Source: Candidatus Saccharimonadales bacterium
GTDB taxonomy: Bacteria > Patescibacteriota > Saccharimonadia > Saccharimonadales > JAGPDM01
Assembly (NCBI GenBank): GCA_044227985.1
Contig: JBGAVT010000005.1
Location: 1 to 50,690, forward strand
DNA length: 50,690 bases
Reading direction: 5' to 3'
Part shown: piece by piece, positions 19,359 to 28,195 of the stretch
How positions within the stretch are numbered: the first letter of the stretch is position 1
How the letters are laid out: the number at the start of each line of letters is the position of its first letter
Position numbers and translations under genes: made by a program
The notes under the pieces: generated by a model
Seen by the model: only the letters and a program-made list of their open reading frames with translations
Told to the model about the DNA's origin: nothing
The model's database searches: none

Positions 19359-20545
19359 AATGACAAACAAGCTTCTGTAAATACGTCTGTCAGTCTCTCG
19401 ACTTCAGAACTATTTTGTAAAGCAGCAATATCAATCCGAAAGGTGCTGAGTAATATATGTTGTTTGAGAAATATTTGTTGTTGCACTTGGCTCATATCCT
19501 TACTACTAGCGAGGCAATACAAACCTTTACCACTACGAATATGCCCAACATCAATGTCAAATTTTTTCTGAATTGAATCTGCCAGTAACACCCGAATTTT
19601 ATTCATGTTTACGCGTTGTGTATCTATTTGTGTTTCAATGGAGGTGCAAATTTTTGAATCACTAAGCACACTGGAAGCCGCTTGGGCTACATTATAACTC
19701 GGGCTAGAATAATTAGCGCGAATATTGGATTTAAGCATTTCGATCATGTATTGATAATTTTGTTCGTTAAAATGAAAACCATAGGTAGCTGCCAATCTTT
19801 CGTTGTATAGTCCAAAATTCTTACTGTTCGTAGCGACTAGAAATGATTGATGCTCAACTAAAAGTAATGCTTCGAGCTTAGACCGGTCGGCTTCAATCCC
19901 ATCAGCAAAACCAAAGTAAGCTACATCATAAACAGCTATCATTGATTTTTTCTTGATAATTTCAGCAATTTCTTGTAACTGCTGAGTCGTCCGATCAAGT
20001 CCGTCATTATTGTATGCTAGTGGCTGTATGAGCGCAGTAGAGCCTTCGGGCATTGCATAAAGTTTCTCAAGATAAACCTCATGATCATAATATGGTTGAT
20101 TTTTTTTAGTTCGTGAGTAGCTCTTTACTTCGAACGATGAAAAAAGAGCTCGATGATTTGGCCAGCCTGGGTCTATTAGAATTTCATTGCTGTTTCGAAT
20201 CTGTTTCAGCAATTCAGCAACAATATGTAATCCACCTGTACCGCCAAATGATTGCAACGAAAAGTTCGGAGTTGGTGCCGCCGGAAACATCCAATGTGCG
20301 AGGGATTTAACGTAAGCTTGATTTCCAAACTGACTCTGTAGTGCATAGAACTTTTCTGTACGATTAATCTGCCATTGAGATATAACAGCTGATTCAATTT
20401 CTGGTGGTCTAAAAAGATGATTGCCGTCAACGACATAGCCAATATTTACATTAAGCGCATCCTTAAAATGCTGAATTTCTGTCCATTTTGCCTGTGCTGC
20501 GATAATCGGATCAAGTGTAACGTTTCGAAAAGGCTTCCAGTACAT
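19355..20545 (-). CDS. PLP-dependent class I aminotransferase (AspC/TyrB-like, divergent)
   Basis: QSFGGTGGL, PGWPNH, DVAYFGF, SKNFGLYNER (PLP lysine) and IRANYSSP. Confidence 0.88.
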   Translation of the reverse strand: MYWKPFRNVTLDPIIAAQAKWTEIQHFKDALNVNIGYVVDGNHLFRPPEIESAVISQWQINRTEKFYALQSQFGNQAYVKSLAHWMFPAAPTPNFSLQSFGGTGGLHIVAELLKQIRNSNEILIDPGWPNHRALFSSFEVKSYSRTKKNQPYYDHEVYLEKLYAMPEGSTALIQPLAYNNDGLDRTTQQLQEIAEIIKKKSMIAVYDVAYFGFADGIEADRSKLEALLLVEHQSFLVATNSKNFGLYNERLAATYGFHFNEQNYQYMIEMLKSNIRANYSSPSYNVAQAASSVLSDSKICTSIETQIDTQRVNMNKIRVLLADSIQKKFDIDVGHIRSGKGLYCLASSKDMSQVQQQIFLKQHILLSTFRIDIAALQNSSEVERLTDVFTEACLSL

Positions 20546-20590
20546 ATAACTATATTAGCAATATATACGAGTCAAGGCTATGAAGACATT

Positions 20591-22054
20591 CTACGATGGC
20601 TCTCCAGGATATATAGCCTCAGCCCATAGCTGAAGATCTTCAAGCAAATGTATCTTAGAAGAATCCTCTGACTCCGCTAGTCTTTTTAGATCCTCCAAAA
20701 ACTTTTCGAGTGGATAGAATGATTCTGGACCAAGAATACTCTGCAGTCTATGCTTTTGATAAACTTCGCGCTCACCATCGGTGAGCTGATTCTTAAAATT
20801 ACGAGCCTTATATAGGATCCATAATCTTTTTAGTCTCTCATCAATAAATTTAGGAGAAAAGGCAGCTATACTATCTGGATCAAGCCCTGTGACTTTATTG
20901 GCAATCTCTCGGTCTTGATGATCGATAAATCCATCATACAGCATTGAATCTGGCCTAATATCATCAGTATTTCTGACATGCATGGACGTACTTTTTTTCG
21001 CATTACTTTTCTTCGGATCAAATACTTGAGCCATTTTAATCTCGATATCTGTGATATGTTTTTTAGCTTTTTCTAAATTGGCTATCATCGTTTGGCTATC
21101 AAGCATAATCCTAGTGTACGCTTCATCATTGACAACTGAAATCGGTGCCAACGCTGGCGCATGTTTTGGGTTAATGCCTTTGATAGGTAATCGCTCTTCA
21201 CCATCTGATAAGTCTGATGATTTACTGAAAAGGTTTCTAATAATTTGCTCAGAACTTAAATCTAGAAGCATACTTGGATCAAATCGTAAGTCCCAGGCCT
21301 GGAATAAACCAAAAGCTGATTGATAGATCGGTAGAATTACAGCTGTACTCAATGTGTCGGAGCGATATTTATTACTCGAGTGGACTAGTGGCTGAGGCGA
21401 TGATTGTGATAGCATTGCGGAAACAGATTTCTTGTCACGATTATCTAACAAAAACTGCCATAATTTAGGTTGCTTATTTTTGATCAATTTAGCAATTTCT
21501 ATCGTAGCGTATACATCAGCCAAAGCATCATGAGCATTTCCATGCTCAATACCGTTCGCTACTGTAAGTAGTTCAAGCCTATTGCTAGGTTTTTTCGTAG
21601 TATCATCTATCGGCCAAGTAATACCGTCAGGTCGAAGCGCTCGTGTCATACGAACCATATCGACAATATCCCATTTACTAGTATTATTCTTCCATTCATG
21701 GGCATATGGGTCATAAAAATTTCGATAGAATAAGTAGCGTGTAAACTCATTATCAAACCGCATTGAATTATAACCAACATTGATTGTGCCTGGTGTAGCA
21801 AATAGCTTGAATATATCTTTTGCGAACATCGATTCGCTAACACCTTTTTCGAGAGCCTCTTGTGGGGTGATCCCTGTAATCATAACTGCTCCAGGCTCGG
21901 GTAAAAAATCATCACTAGGAGAGCAGTAGATCGTAACTGGCTCACCGATTAGTTCGAGATTCATATCTGTTCTCAATCCACCGAATTGGGCAGGTCGAGA
22001 ATATTTTGGACTAATTCCAAATGTTTCATAGTCATACCAAAGAAAACTTTGCAT
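20591..22054 (-). CDS. sbcB: Exodeoxyribonuclease I
   Basis: WYDYETFG, RPAQFGGLRTD, GYNSMRFD and AHDALADVYATI motifs. Confidence 0.95.
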   Translation of the reverse strand: MQSFLWYDYETFGISPKYSRPAQFGGLRTDMNLELIGEPVTIYCSPSDDFLPEPGAVMITGITPQEALEKGVSESMFAKDIFKLFATPGTINVGYNSMRFDNEFTRYLFYRNFYDPYAHEWKNNTSKWDIVDMVRMTRALRPDGITWPIDDTTKKPSNRLELLTVANGIEHGNAHDALADVYATIEIAKLIKNKQPKLWQFLLDNRDKKSVSAMLSQSSPQPLVHSSNKYRSDTLSTAVILPIYQSAFGLFQAWDLRFDPSMLLDLSSEQIIRNLFSKSSDLSDGEERLPIKGINPKHAPALAPISVVNDEAYTRIMLDSQTMIANLEKAKKHITDIEIKMAQVFDPKKSNAKKSTSMHVRNTDDIRPDSMLYDGFIDHQDREIANKVTGLDPDSIAAFSPKFIDERLKRLWILYKARNFKNQLTDGEREVYQKHRLQSILGPESFYPLEKFLEDLKRLAESEDSSKIHLLEDLQLWAEAIYPGEPS

Positions 22055-22156
22055 ACCTCAATCATAACATTTTTAAAGCTATTTATAGCCTGCTGAATCT
22101 ACAGAGTACATTTCAGACCGATCAAACTTAATGATTCTGTTTTTTCACGTTTGAGA

Positions 22157-23449
22157 CTATGAAATCTCAGGACCATCAGTTTGTTCGTACAGATGGATGG
22201 ACTGCCCAGCTATATGAATCACAGTGTCGAGCGGAACGCTATCATTCTCGAGTCGGCTGATAATTCCCATTTTCTGCAGAATATCTCGCATACGCTGACG
22301 CATGGGATATTCATTAAAATCCAGTCGAGAAGCAAATCGCTCGACCTTGACGCCTTGAAGACGAAGATTTGCTTCATCGATAGTCTCAATACTCCATTCA
22401 TTTTCATTTGGAGCTTCACTGACCACACCATCTATACCAATAACTGGGATTTCGTCCGTCATATCAACTTGAGTTCGTGCAACTTCTATTTCAGCAAAAA
22501 GCTCGGCAATACCTTCACTTGACTTAGCAGAGATTGGGAATATTTTATAGGGACATAATTTTCTTAATGGCTTAGAAGCTGACTCGATATCCTGCGGCGA
22601 AAGTCCTTCTACCTTAGTTAGAGCAACAATCCGAGGTTTATTCTTTAAAACTCCATTATCATAACTGGCCAACTCTTTATCAATAATTTTATAATCACGC
22701 GCAATATCATCAGAATATATATCAATACAATGCAGTAAAATTGAAGTTCGCTCTACGTGTCTTAAGAATTCGTCTCCGAGTCCTTTACCCTCGGCGGCAC
22801 CATCGATTAGACCAGGAATATCAACAAATAAACAGCCACTACTAGCCAGGTCAACTACACCGATATGAGGCTTAAGAGTAGTAAAAGCATAATCAGCAAC
22901 TTTAGGCTTGGCATTACTAACGGCGCCAAGCAACGTACTTTTGCCAGCGTTTGGCAGACCAACTAAACCAACTTCAGCGATTAGTTTTAACTCTAATCGT
23001 AATTTGAGAGATTCTCCTTTTTCACCCCTCTCAGCAACTTTTGGGGCCTGCCTGGTACTACTAGTAAAATGAGCGTTTCCGAAGCCACCATCACCACCTC
23101 GAGCAATGACTAACTGCTGGTTTTCTTCCGTAATATCAGCAACAAGCACGTCATTTGCAAAAACTTGTGTACCGACTGGAACATACATAAATGAGTCACC
23201 TCCAGAGCGGCCGTGTTTTCTTCGCTCATTACCAGATTGACCGTTTTCAGCTACAACTTTAATTCGAGATCTGTAATCAGAAAGTCCGTGTATGTTCTCT
23301 CGCCCAACAGCAATAACATCGCCACCACGACCACCGTCGCCACCGTCAGGTCCGCCGAATTCAACAAATTTTTCACGCCTAAAGCTAACTATACCATTAC
23401 CACCGTTACCGGCTTGGACTTCAATTTCTGCGTTATCACTAAAATTCAT
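22157..23449 (-). CDS. obgE: GTPase Obg
   Basis: Gly-rich Obg domain, GLPNAGKST, YAFTTL, DIPGLI. Confidence 0.97.
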   Translation of the reverse strand: MNFSDNAEIEVQAGNGGNGIVSFRREKFVEFGGPDGGDGGRGGDVIAVGRENIHGLSDYRSRIKVVAENGQSGNERRKHGRSGGDSFMYVPVGTQVFANDVLVADITEENQQLVIARGGDGGFGNAHFTSSTRQAPKVAERGEKGESLKLRLELKLIAEVGLVGLPNAGKSTLLGAVSNAKPKVADYAFTTLKPHIGVVDLASSGCLFVDIPGLIDGAAEGKGLGDEFLRHVERTSILLHCIDIYSDDIARDYKIIDKELASYDNGVLKNKPRIVALTKVEGLSPQDIESASKPLRKLCPYKIFPISAKSSEGIAELFAEIEVARTQVDMTDEIPVIGIDGVVSEAPNENEWSIETIDEANLRLQGVKVERFASRLDFNEYPMRQRMRDILQKMGIISRLENDSVPLDTVIHIAGQSIHLYEQTDGPEIS

Positions 23450-23491
23450 GTTGTTATGGTATGTTTGTTCTTAATTAATTGCAATCGATGG

Positions 23492-24679
23492 CTAGTAGAT
23501 GAAGCCACCATTAAAGAATGAGACGGGATAATCAGTTTCCATTGGTACACCGTTAGCTCTAAAGCCGTGCATTTCTTTGACATGAACCATGTTTCCACTG
23601 ACTGAGGTTACGTAAGCTACATGTCCGTAGCCACCAACATGGACACCAATAGACCCCACCTGAGGCTCGCTACTGACGGTGTAGCCATCTTTCCGAGCAT
23701 TATTACCCCACTGTCCACCATTGCCCCAGAAACTAGGCACAGGTTTACCAGCAGCAGCTCGTAGATTTGCTACATGCCAAGTACAATGGCCATATGCATA
23801 GCGGTTTCCAGCATACACTGGCCCACGGCTAGAAGATGGCTGGCTTTGACCGTAGCCTGCTCCTAAGCTAGTTTGATTAGCGACTCGACTCGAACCAATC
23901 TGCGAACGACTCGTAGCTGGCTTCTCGACAGGTACTTCTTGGATCTTTCCGTCTGGGACAATGATAGTTGCGCCAACCTGTAGTCCTGTAATCTCTGCAT
24001 CATTATATGACACAATACTATCTTTATCAGCATTAGTCTTAGTAGCAATCGACTCGGGCGTGTCCTCAGGCAGTACTTTATAGGTTAAGCCATCGACTGG
24101 TAGAATCATTAATTCTTTATCAACTGCAACATCTTCACTTGGAAGATTGTTTGCCCACATTATTGTCTCGGGCTTAAGACCGTAGTTTTCAGCAATTTTC
24201 TTAACGTCTTCGCCTTCGGCTACCTTGTGCGAGGTTATGTCCTTAGCTGTTTTTGTATCAATTGCTACTGCTCGAGGTTTACTAATTAAACTATCACCAT
24301 TACTAGCGACTTCTTGTTTACTGTCTTCTGCTTGAGCAACTTGGATTATATCTTCGACTTTTATCATGTCAGTCACTGTTGCAACTGCTGAAGCAGTCTG
24401 AGAAGCAGATAAACTATCTAATGGTGCTTCGATTGATGCAAATTGATTTGAATTGATGTTTGCTGAATAATCTTGCTGTGAACTAACACGGTTACCCACA
24501 AGAACTCCTGCAACGGCAATCGTTAGGAGTGCATAGGTAACCATATGATGTCTTTTTTGAACAGCACCCGTAAATGTACTTATTTTTTGATTTGCGAGCT
24601 TTGTCGCATCGGATCTGACTGATTTATTGATAACAAAATTCTTGATCGATTTTGTTTCATTTTGTTGAAATTTCTTAAT
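23492..24679 (-). CDS. Membrane-anchored LysM-repeat CHAP peptidoglycan hydrolase, probable ATT start (ATG alternative at 24544)
   Basis: Two LysM domains and a CHAP domain (YGHCTW, WGNGGQW, YGHVAYV); the frame stays open 45 codons upstream to an ATT 6 nt after AAGGAG. Confidence 0.85.
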   Translation of the reverse strand: MKKFQQNETKSIKNFVINKSVRSDATKLANQKISTFTGAVQKRHHMVTYALLTIAVAGVLVGNRVSSQQDYSANINSNQFASIEAPLDSLSASQTASAVATVTDMIKVEDIIQVAQAEDSKQEVASNGDSLISKPRAVAIDTKTAKDITSHKVAEGEDVKKIAENYGLKPETIMWANNLPSEDVAVDKELMILPVDGLTYKVLPEDTPESIATKTNADKDSIVSYNDAEITGLQVGATIIVPDGKIQEVPVEKPATSRSQIGSSRVANQTSLGAGYGQSQPSSSRGPVYAGNRYAYGHCTWHVANLRAAAGKPVPSFWGNGGQWGNNARKDGYTVSSEPQVGSIGVHVGGYGHVAYVTSVSGNMVHVKEMHGFRANGVPMETDYPVSFFNGGFIY

Positions 24680-24690
24680 TCTAATCTCCT

Positions 24691-24878
24691 TGAGAATAGT
24701 GTCTCCACTATCTCACTACCACTACGTATCTACTTGTCTTGTTCTTTATTGATAAATTAATATTTATTTTTGAGGAACGACCGTTGACCTCGTACGAATT
24801 GGTAGGCTACTGATGAAATGCTTTGTATCATCAGCAATTTGCTTCTGATTCCCACTTCACACTCATCAATAAACGTAG
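24691..24878 (-). ncRNA. Candidate structured 5' leader (cis-regulatory RNA) of the LysM-CHAP gene
   Basis: Several nested stems, a possible pseudoknot and a GAGA-tetraloop hairpin abutting the SD. Confidence 0.55.
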
Positions 24879-24880
24879 CT

Positions 24881-24909
24881 ATAATACCAAAGCATTAATC
24901 AAAGGTCAA
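24881..24909 (-). promoter_or_regulatory. Sigma70-type promoter
   Basis: TTGACC (24909-24904), 17-bp spacer ending TGG, TATTAT (24886-24881). Confidence 0.75.
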
Positions 24910-24972
24910 GCGTTTTTTACTACTGTTAAATTGTTTTTCTTTAAATAATGAGGCTATAAACGTTTATAAATG

Positions 24973-26088
24973 TCAATTTACTATTGCACCGCACGATTTC
25001 TTACAGTAATTAGCAACATTTTGTTCGTGCTCCTCGAGAGTACGAGCAAAATAGACTGAACCATCATCGCCTGCCACAAAATAGACGTAATCGCCCGAAG
25101 CTGGATCGACAACTGCTTCTAAGGCAGAAAAGTTAAAGTTAGCTATTGGTGTTGGCGGTAAACCACTATGTATTCTCGTATTGTATAAGCTGTCGAGATA
25201 TGGAGTGGCTATCAAATTGTTTTCCTTGGCTGCATAAATGAAGGTTACATCTGACCCTAAGTTCATGCCGTCATTCAGACGCTTCAAGAATACTTGGGCA
25301 ACGGCTGGCTGGATGTCAGCATTGGCCACTTCTAACTGCACAATTGAGGCCAGAGTTATGCCTTGGTAGAGTGTCAAATTCTTGTTTGCCAATCCTGTGA
25401 TTACTTTATCTGTAATCGCTTTATCATAAAGCTTGAAGCTTTCATTTACCAACGACTCCGGACTATCACTGAGCTTCAGTTTATATGTTTCAGGATAAAT
25501 TAGCCCCTCAAGACTTGCCTCTTTTGGTTTTGAGCGATATACAACTGAATCGTACTTGGCAGAGAATGCCTTATCTACTGATTCTGATGAGTAGCCTTTT
25601 TCGGTTAGAATTTTAGCAATCTGCGACAGGCGTAACCCTGGCGGGATAGTGATATCAACCGTGGCAACTTTACCGAGTACAAGAGTTTCTGCTGTTTGTT
25701 GAGCTGACAATGATGGGCTGAGTGAGTAACTTCCTGCCTGTAGACGGTCGAGATATTTATGTTGTCTCAAATAGATACGAAAGGCTGTTTCATTCTTTAT
25801 CAATCCTTCAGACTTAAGGTTTAGGATAATTTTATCTGCTCCTGTCCCAGGTTCAATGTCAAACTGGACTAATTTTTCCTTATCAGTAACTGGTCGTAAT
25901 TGCTGTTGATACCAACCATAGCCACCTAGCAACACACCAACAGTCAAAAAGACTACTAACAAAATAAACAGTAAAACACCACGTTTTCTTGATTTCTTCG
26001 ATGTATTAGGCTTAATGTTTTCTGTAGCTCTAGACTGCTCTTCAAGTGATGTAACCGCTTGAGATTCTCTCATATCAGGTTCAATCAT
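24973..26088 (-). CDS. mltG: Endolytic transglycosylase MltG
   Basis: TM anchor, LEGLIYPETY, LASIVQLE, YNTR...GLPPTPIAN and FARTLEEH. Confidence 0.95.
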   Translation of the reverse strand: MIEPDMRESQAVTSLEEQSRATENIKPNTSKKSRKRGVLLFILLVVFLTVGVLLGGYGWYQQQLRPVTDKEKLVQFDIEPGTGADKIILNLKSEGLIKNETAFRIYLRQHKYLDRLQAGSYSLSPSLSAQQTAETLVLGKVATVDITIPPGLRLSQIAKILTEKGYSSESVDKAFSAKYDSVVYRSKPKEASLEGLIYPETYKLKLSDSPESLVNESFKLYDKAITDKVITGLANKNLTLYQGITLASIVQLEVANADIQPAVAQVFLKRLNDGMNLGSDVTFIYAAKENNLIATPYLDSLYNTRIHSGLPPTPIANFNFSALEAVVDPASGDYVYFVAGDDGSVYFARTLEEHEQNVANYCKKSCGAIVN

Positions 26089-26491
26089 AATTTTCTCCTA
26101 AATAGTCTTCCAAAATGTAGCTTGCCGCTAAGCTATCAACTTGTAGATTCTTTCTTGATTTTATCTGCTTCATTTCGAAGTGAGCACGTGCACTTGTACC
26201 AGCTTCATCCTGCAAGGCAACTGGCACGCCGAGTAGTTCTAGCTGAGCCTGAAAGTCACGAATTATCTTAGTTTGAGCGGTATCCTCACCATCAAGGCTT
26301 CTTGGTAGACCGAGCACCAATTGAATAATATCCTCCTCGGCGATAATAACTTTGAACTCATCTAGTATTTTTTCGCTATTGGCAATTACCATATAAGGGT
26401 GAGCGATACGTGCTGCCTGTGAAGCAAGCGCTAGTCCAATCCTTACTTCACCGTAATCGATAGCGAGAATCGATCCACTGACACTTGACAT
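26081..26491 (-). CDS. ruvX: RuvX/YqgF nuclease
   Basis: LAIDYGEVRIGLA, LGLP, QDEAGTS and VDSLAASYIL; start MSSVSG. Confidence 0.93.
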   Translation of the reverse strand: MSSVSGSILAIDYGEVRIGLALASQAARIAHPYMVIANSEKILDEFKVIIAEEDIIQLVLGLPRSLDGEDTAQTKIIRDFQAQLELLGVPVALQDEAGTSARAHFEMKQIKSRKNLQVDSLAASYILEDYLGENYD

Positions 26492-26492
26492 G

Positions 26493-28181
26493 TTACGTTC
26501 CTTCGCCGGTAAGATTCTGCTTGATAGTGATTCGCGTAGCTTTGCTTGGCATCTTATTAACCCAAAACGGTGAAGTTTTGACCTCTGCCTTAGAGACACC
26601 ATTGATTGCTTCAACGATCGTAACCGTCTCATCAACTGGTTTTTTAACTACTTTTGCTGCTAGATCATCTGTAGCAATCTCGGGACCAACGATTAACTGT
26701 GTAGCTATACGATATCCACCATCTTGCTGCTCAATAGTCAGTTTTGCCAAGCCATAGTCCAAAATGACTTCCCCAGTTTTTAGGGTTTTAACTGAAGAAC
26801 TACTTGAATCTTTGCTATCACCCTTAGTTTGCTGTTTCCTAGAGTCGCTACTGTCTTGTTCTCGAGATTTTTTGATAAACTTTTGCAGGACATCTTCTTT
26901 GACCGCTAATTGTGTCGCACTAAATTCTGCCTCAACGCTACCAGTATCAACCGGCTCACCGACAACGGGGTTCGCAATTGGTGCTGTGTTAGTGACCTTC
27001 AAAGAACTACCTACAATCCGAGCGCCGGCCGGTACGCTAGCCTTTAACTCATCAGATGTTTGTTGTTTACCTTTTGCTAGTAAACTTTGTGTTGCTTGAT
27101 CAATATCAGACTGTTTAATAATTTTAACAACTTCATCAGTACCACCGCTCATTTGAGTGCCCTTGACAGTAAATAACCCAGCATCCTCGCCACTCAAGGC
27201 ACGAATAGTATAACTTTGAGGATTACTATTGTAAGCGGCACCAGACTTTTCACCGACTACATCAACTGAACCAGTGCCTGGCTTACATTTTCCAGATTTT
27301 AAGCCAGCGCCACTAACCGTTATGGACTCGGTTGAAAAGAAAACTTTACCATCTGAACCTACAAAAGCTGTGTTCGACTTAAAACCAACTGGATCACTCG
27401 TTGAACAATTGCTTATAGTCAAGGTACCTCCAGCTTGCGCGCCAACATTCTTTTCACCGGTAGCTGTAACTTTTTCACTGACTTGTTTCGATTTCTCTAA
27501 CTGGACTGAAGGAAGTACGGATTCTTTAGCATCAATTTCTTTTACTGCTGGGTCAAGCGTAACAACCTTGCTAAAATCATTTTTACTGGTTTTAGTTGTG
27601 ATAGTTACTGTTGCTCTAGGGGCGAAGAAAATCGCCCAGATTAAGAAGCCGGCAAATAAAATCAACCCAAGAGTAGCAAACACTAACCGTTTACGGAATT
27701 TATCAAATTGAGGAATATTTTTCTTTTTAGAAGACTTTTTGCCCTTACCTTTTTTCTTAGCTTTATCAGTAAGAGCAGTATCTGCCAAGGCATCTTCAGC
27801 GAGATCATCGTCAAGTGACGGTAGTGGGTCTTTTATCGTATCCTCTTTAACCAGGTTGTCGTCGGGCATAATCACATTTGACGGTATTTCTTCTTTTTCT
27901 GTTAGTGTCGGAACAACTGGTTGGCTCTGAAGATTCTCCGCCACAAACAGTCCTACTCCGGCTGCTAATCCTATTAATTGCTTATCCTGGGTAATTGCAA
28001 CTAGCCGCTTATTATTTGAATCAGCCGCTCGCTTCAATAGCCGCAGGTTTACTACGCTACCAAGCGCACCAATTCTCTTCGGAGGTACAAGCGCAATTAT
28101 TTTTTCTTGGGAATCTTTAACACGACCTATAATGTCGGTAATCTCGTCGTCGGTGTCGATGTATATAATGTCTTTGTTCAT
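26493..28181 (-). CDS. Single-pass membrane protein with a baseplate-J/gp47-like extracellular region
   Basis: N-terminal alpha/beta domain (IYIDTDDEIT), acidic then basic linker, TM helix, beta-rich region with AGGTLTISN, GAAYN and SGGTDE. Family call is from recognition, not a search. Confidence 0.7.
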   Translation of the reverse strand: MNKDIIYIDTDDEITDIIGRVKDSQEKIIALVPPKRIGALGSVVNLRLLKRAADSNNKRLVAITQDKQLIGLAAGVGLFVAENLQSQPVVPTLTEKEEIPSNVIMPDDNLVKEDTIKDPLPSLDDDLAEDALADTALTDKAKKKGKGKKSSKKKNIPQFDKFRKRLVFATLGLILFAGFLIWAIFFAPRATVTITTKTSKNDFSKVVTLDPAVKEIDAKESVLPSVQLEKSKQVSEKVTATGEKNVGAQAGGTLTISNCSTSDPVGFKSNTAFVGSDGKVFFSTESITVSGAGLKSGKCKPGTGSVDVVGEKSGAAYNSNPQSYTIRALSGEDAGLFTVKGTQMSGGTDEVVKIIKQSDIDQATQSLLAKGKQQTSDELKASVPAGARIVGSSLKVTNTAPIANPVVGEPVDTGSVEAEFSATQLAVKEDVLQKFIKKSREQDSSDSRKQQTKGDSKDSSSSSVKTLKTGEVILDYGLAKLTIEQQDGGYRIATQLIVGPEIATDDLAAKVVKKPVDETVTIVEAINGVSKAEVKTSPFWVNKMPSKATRITIKQNLTGEGT

Positions 28182-28195
28182 AGTTGCAAAATGTA

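Noticed and set aside
24691-24878. c-di-AMP (ydaO) riboswitch call
   Set aside because: The gene context fits, but I could not find the conserved ydaO sequence blocks. Left as unclassified.
4359-28181. Prophage or contractile injection system suggested by the holin-like and baseplate-like genes
   Set aside because: The genes are ~22 kb apart among housekeeping genes, with no integrase, terminase, capsid, tube or sheath.
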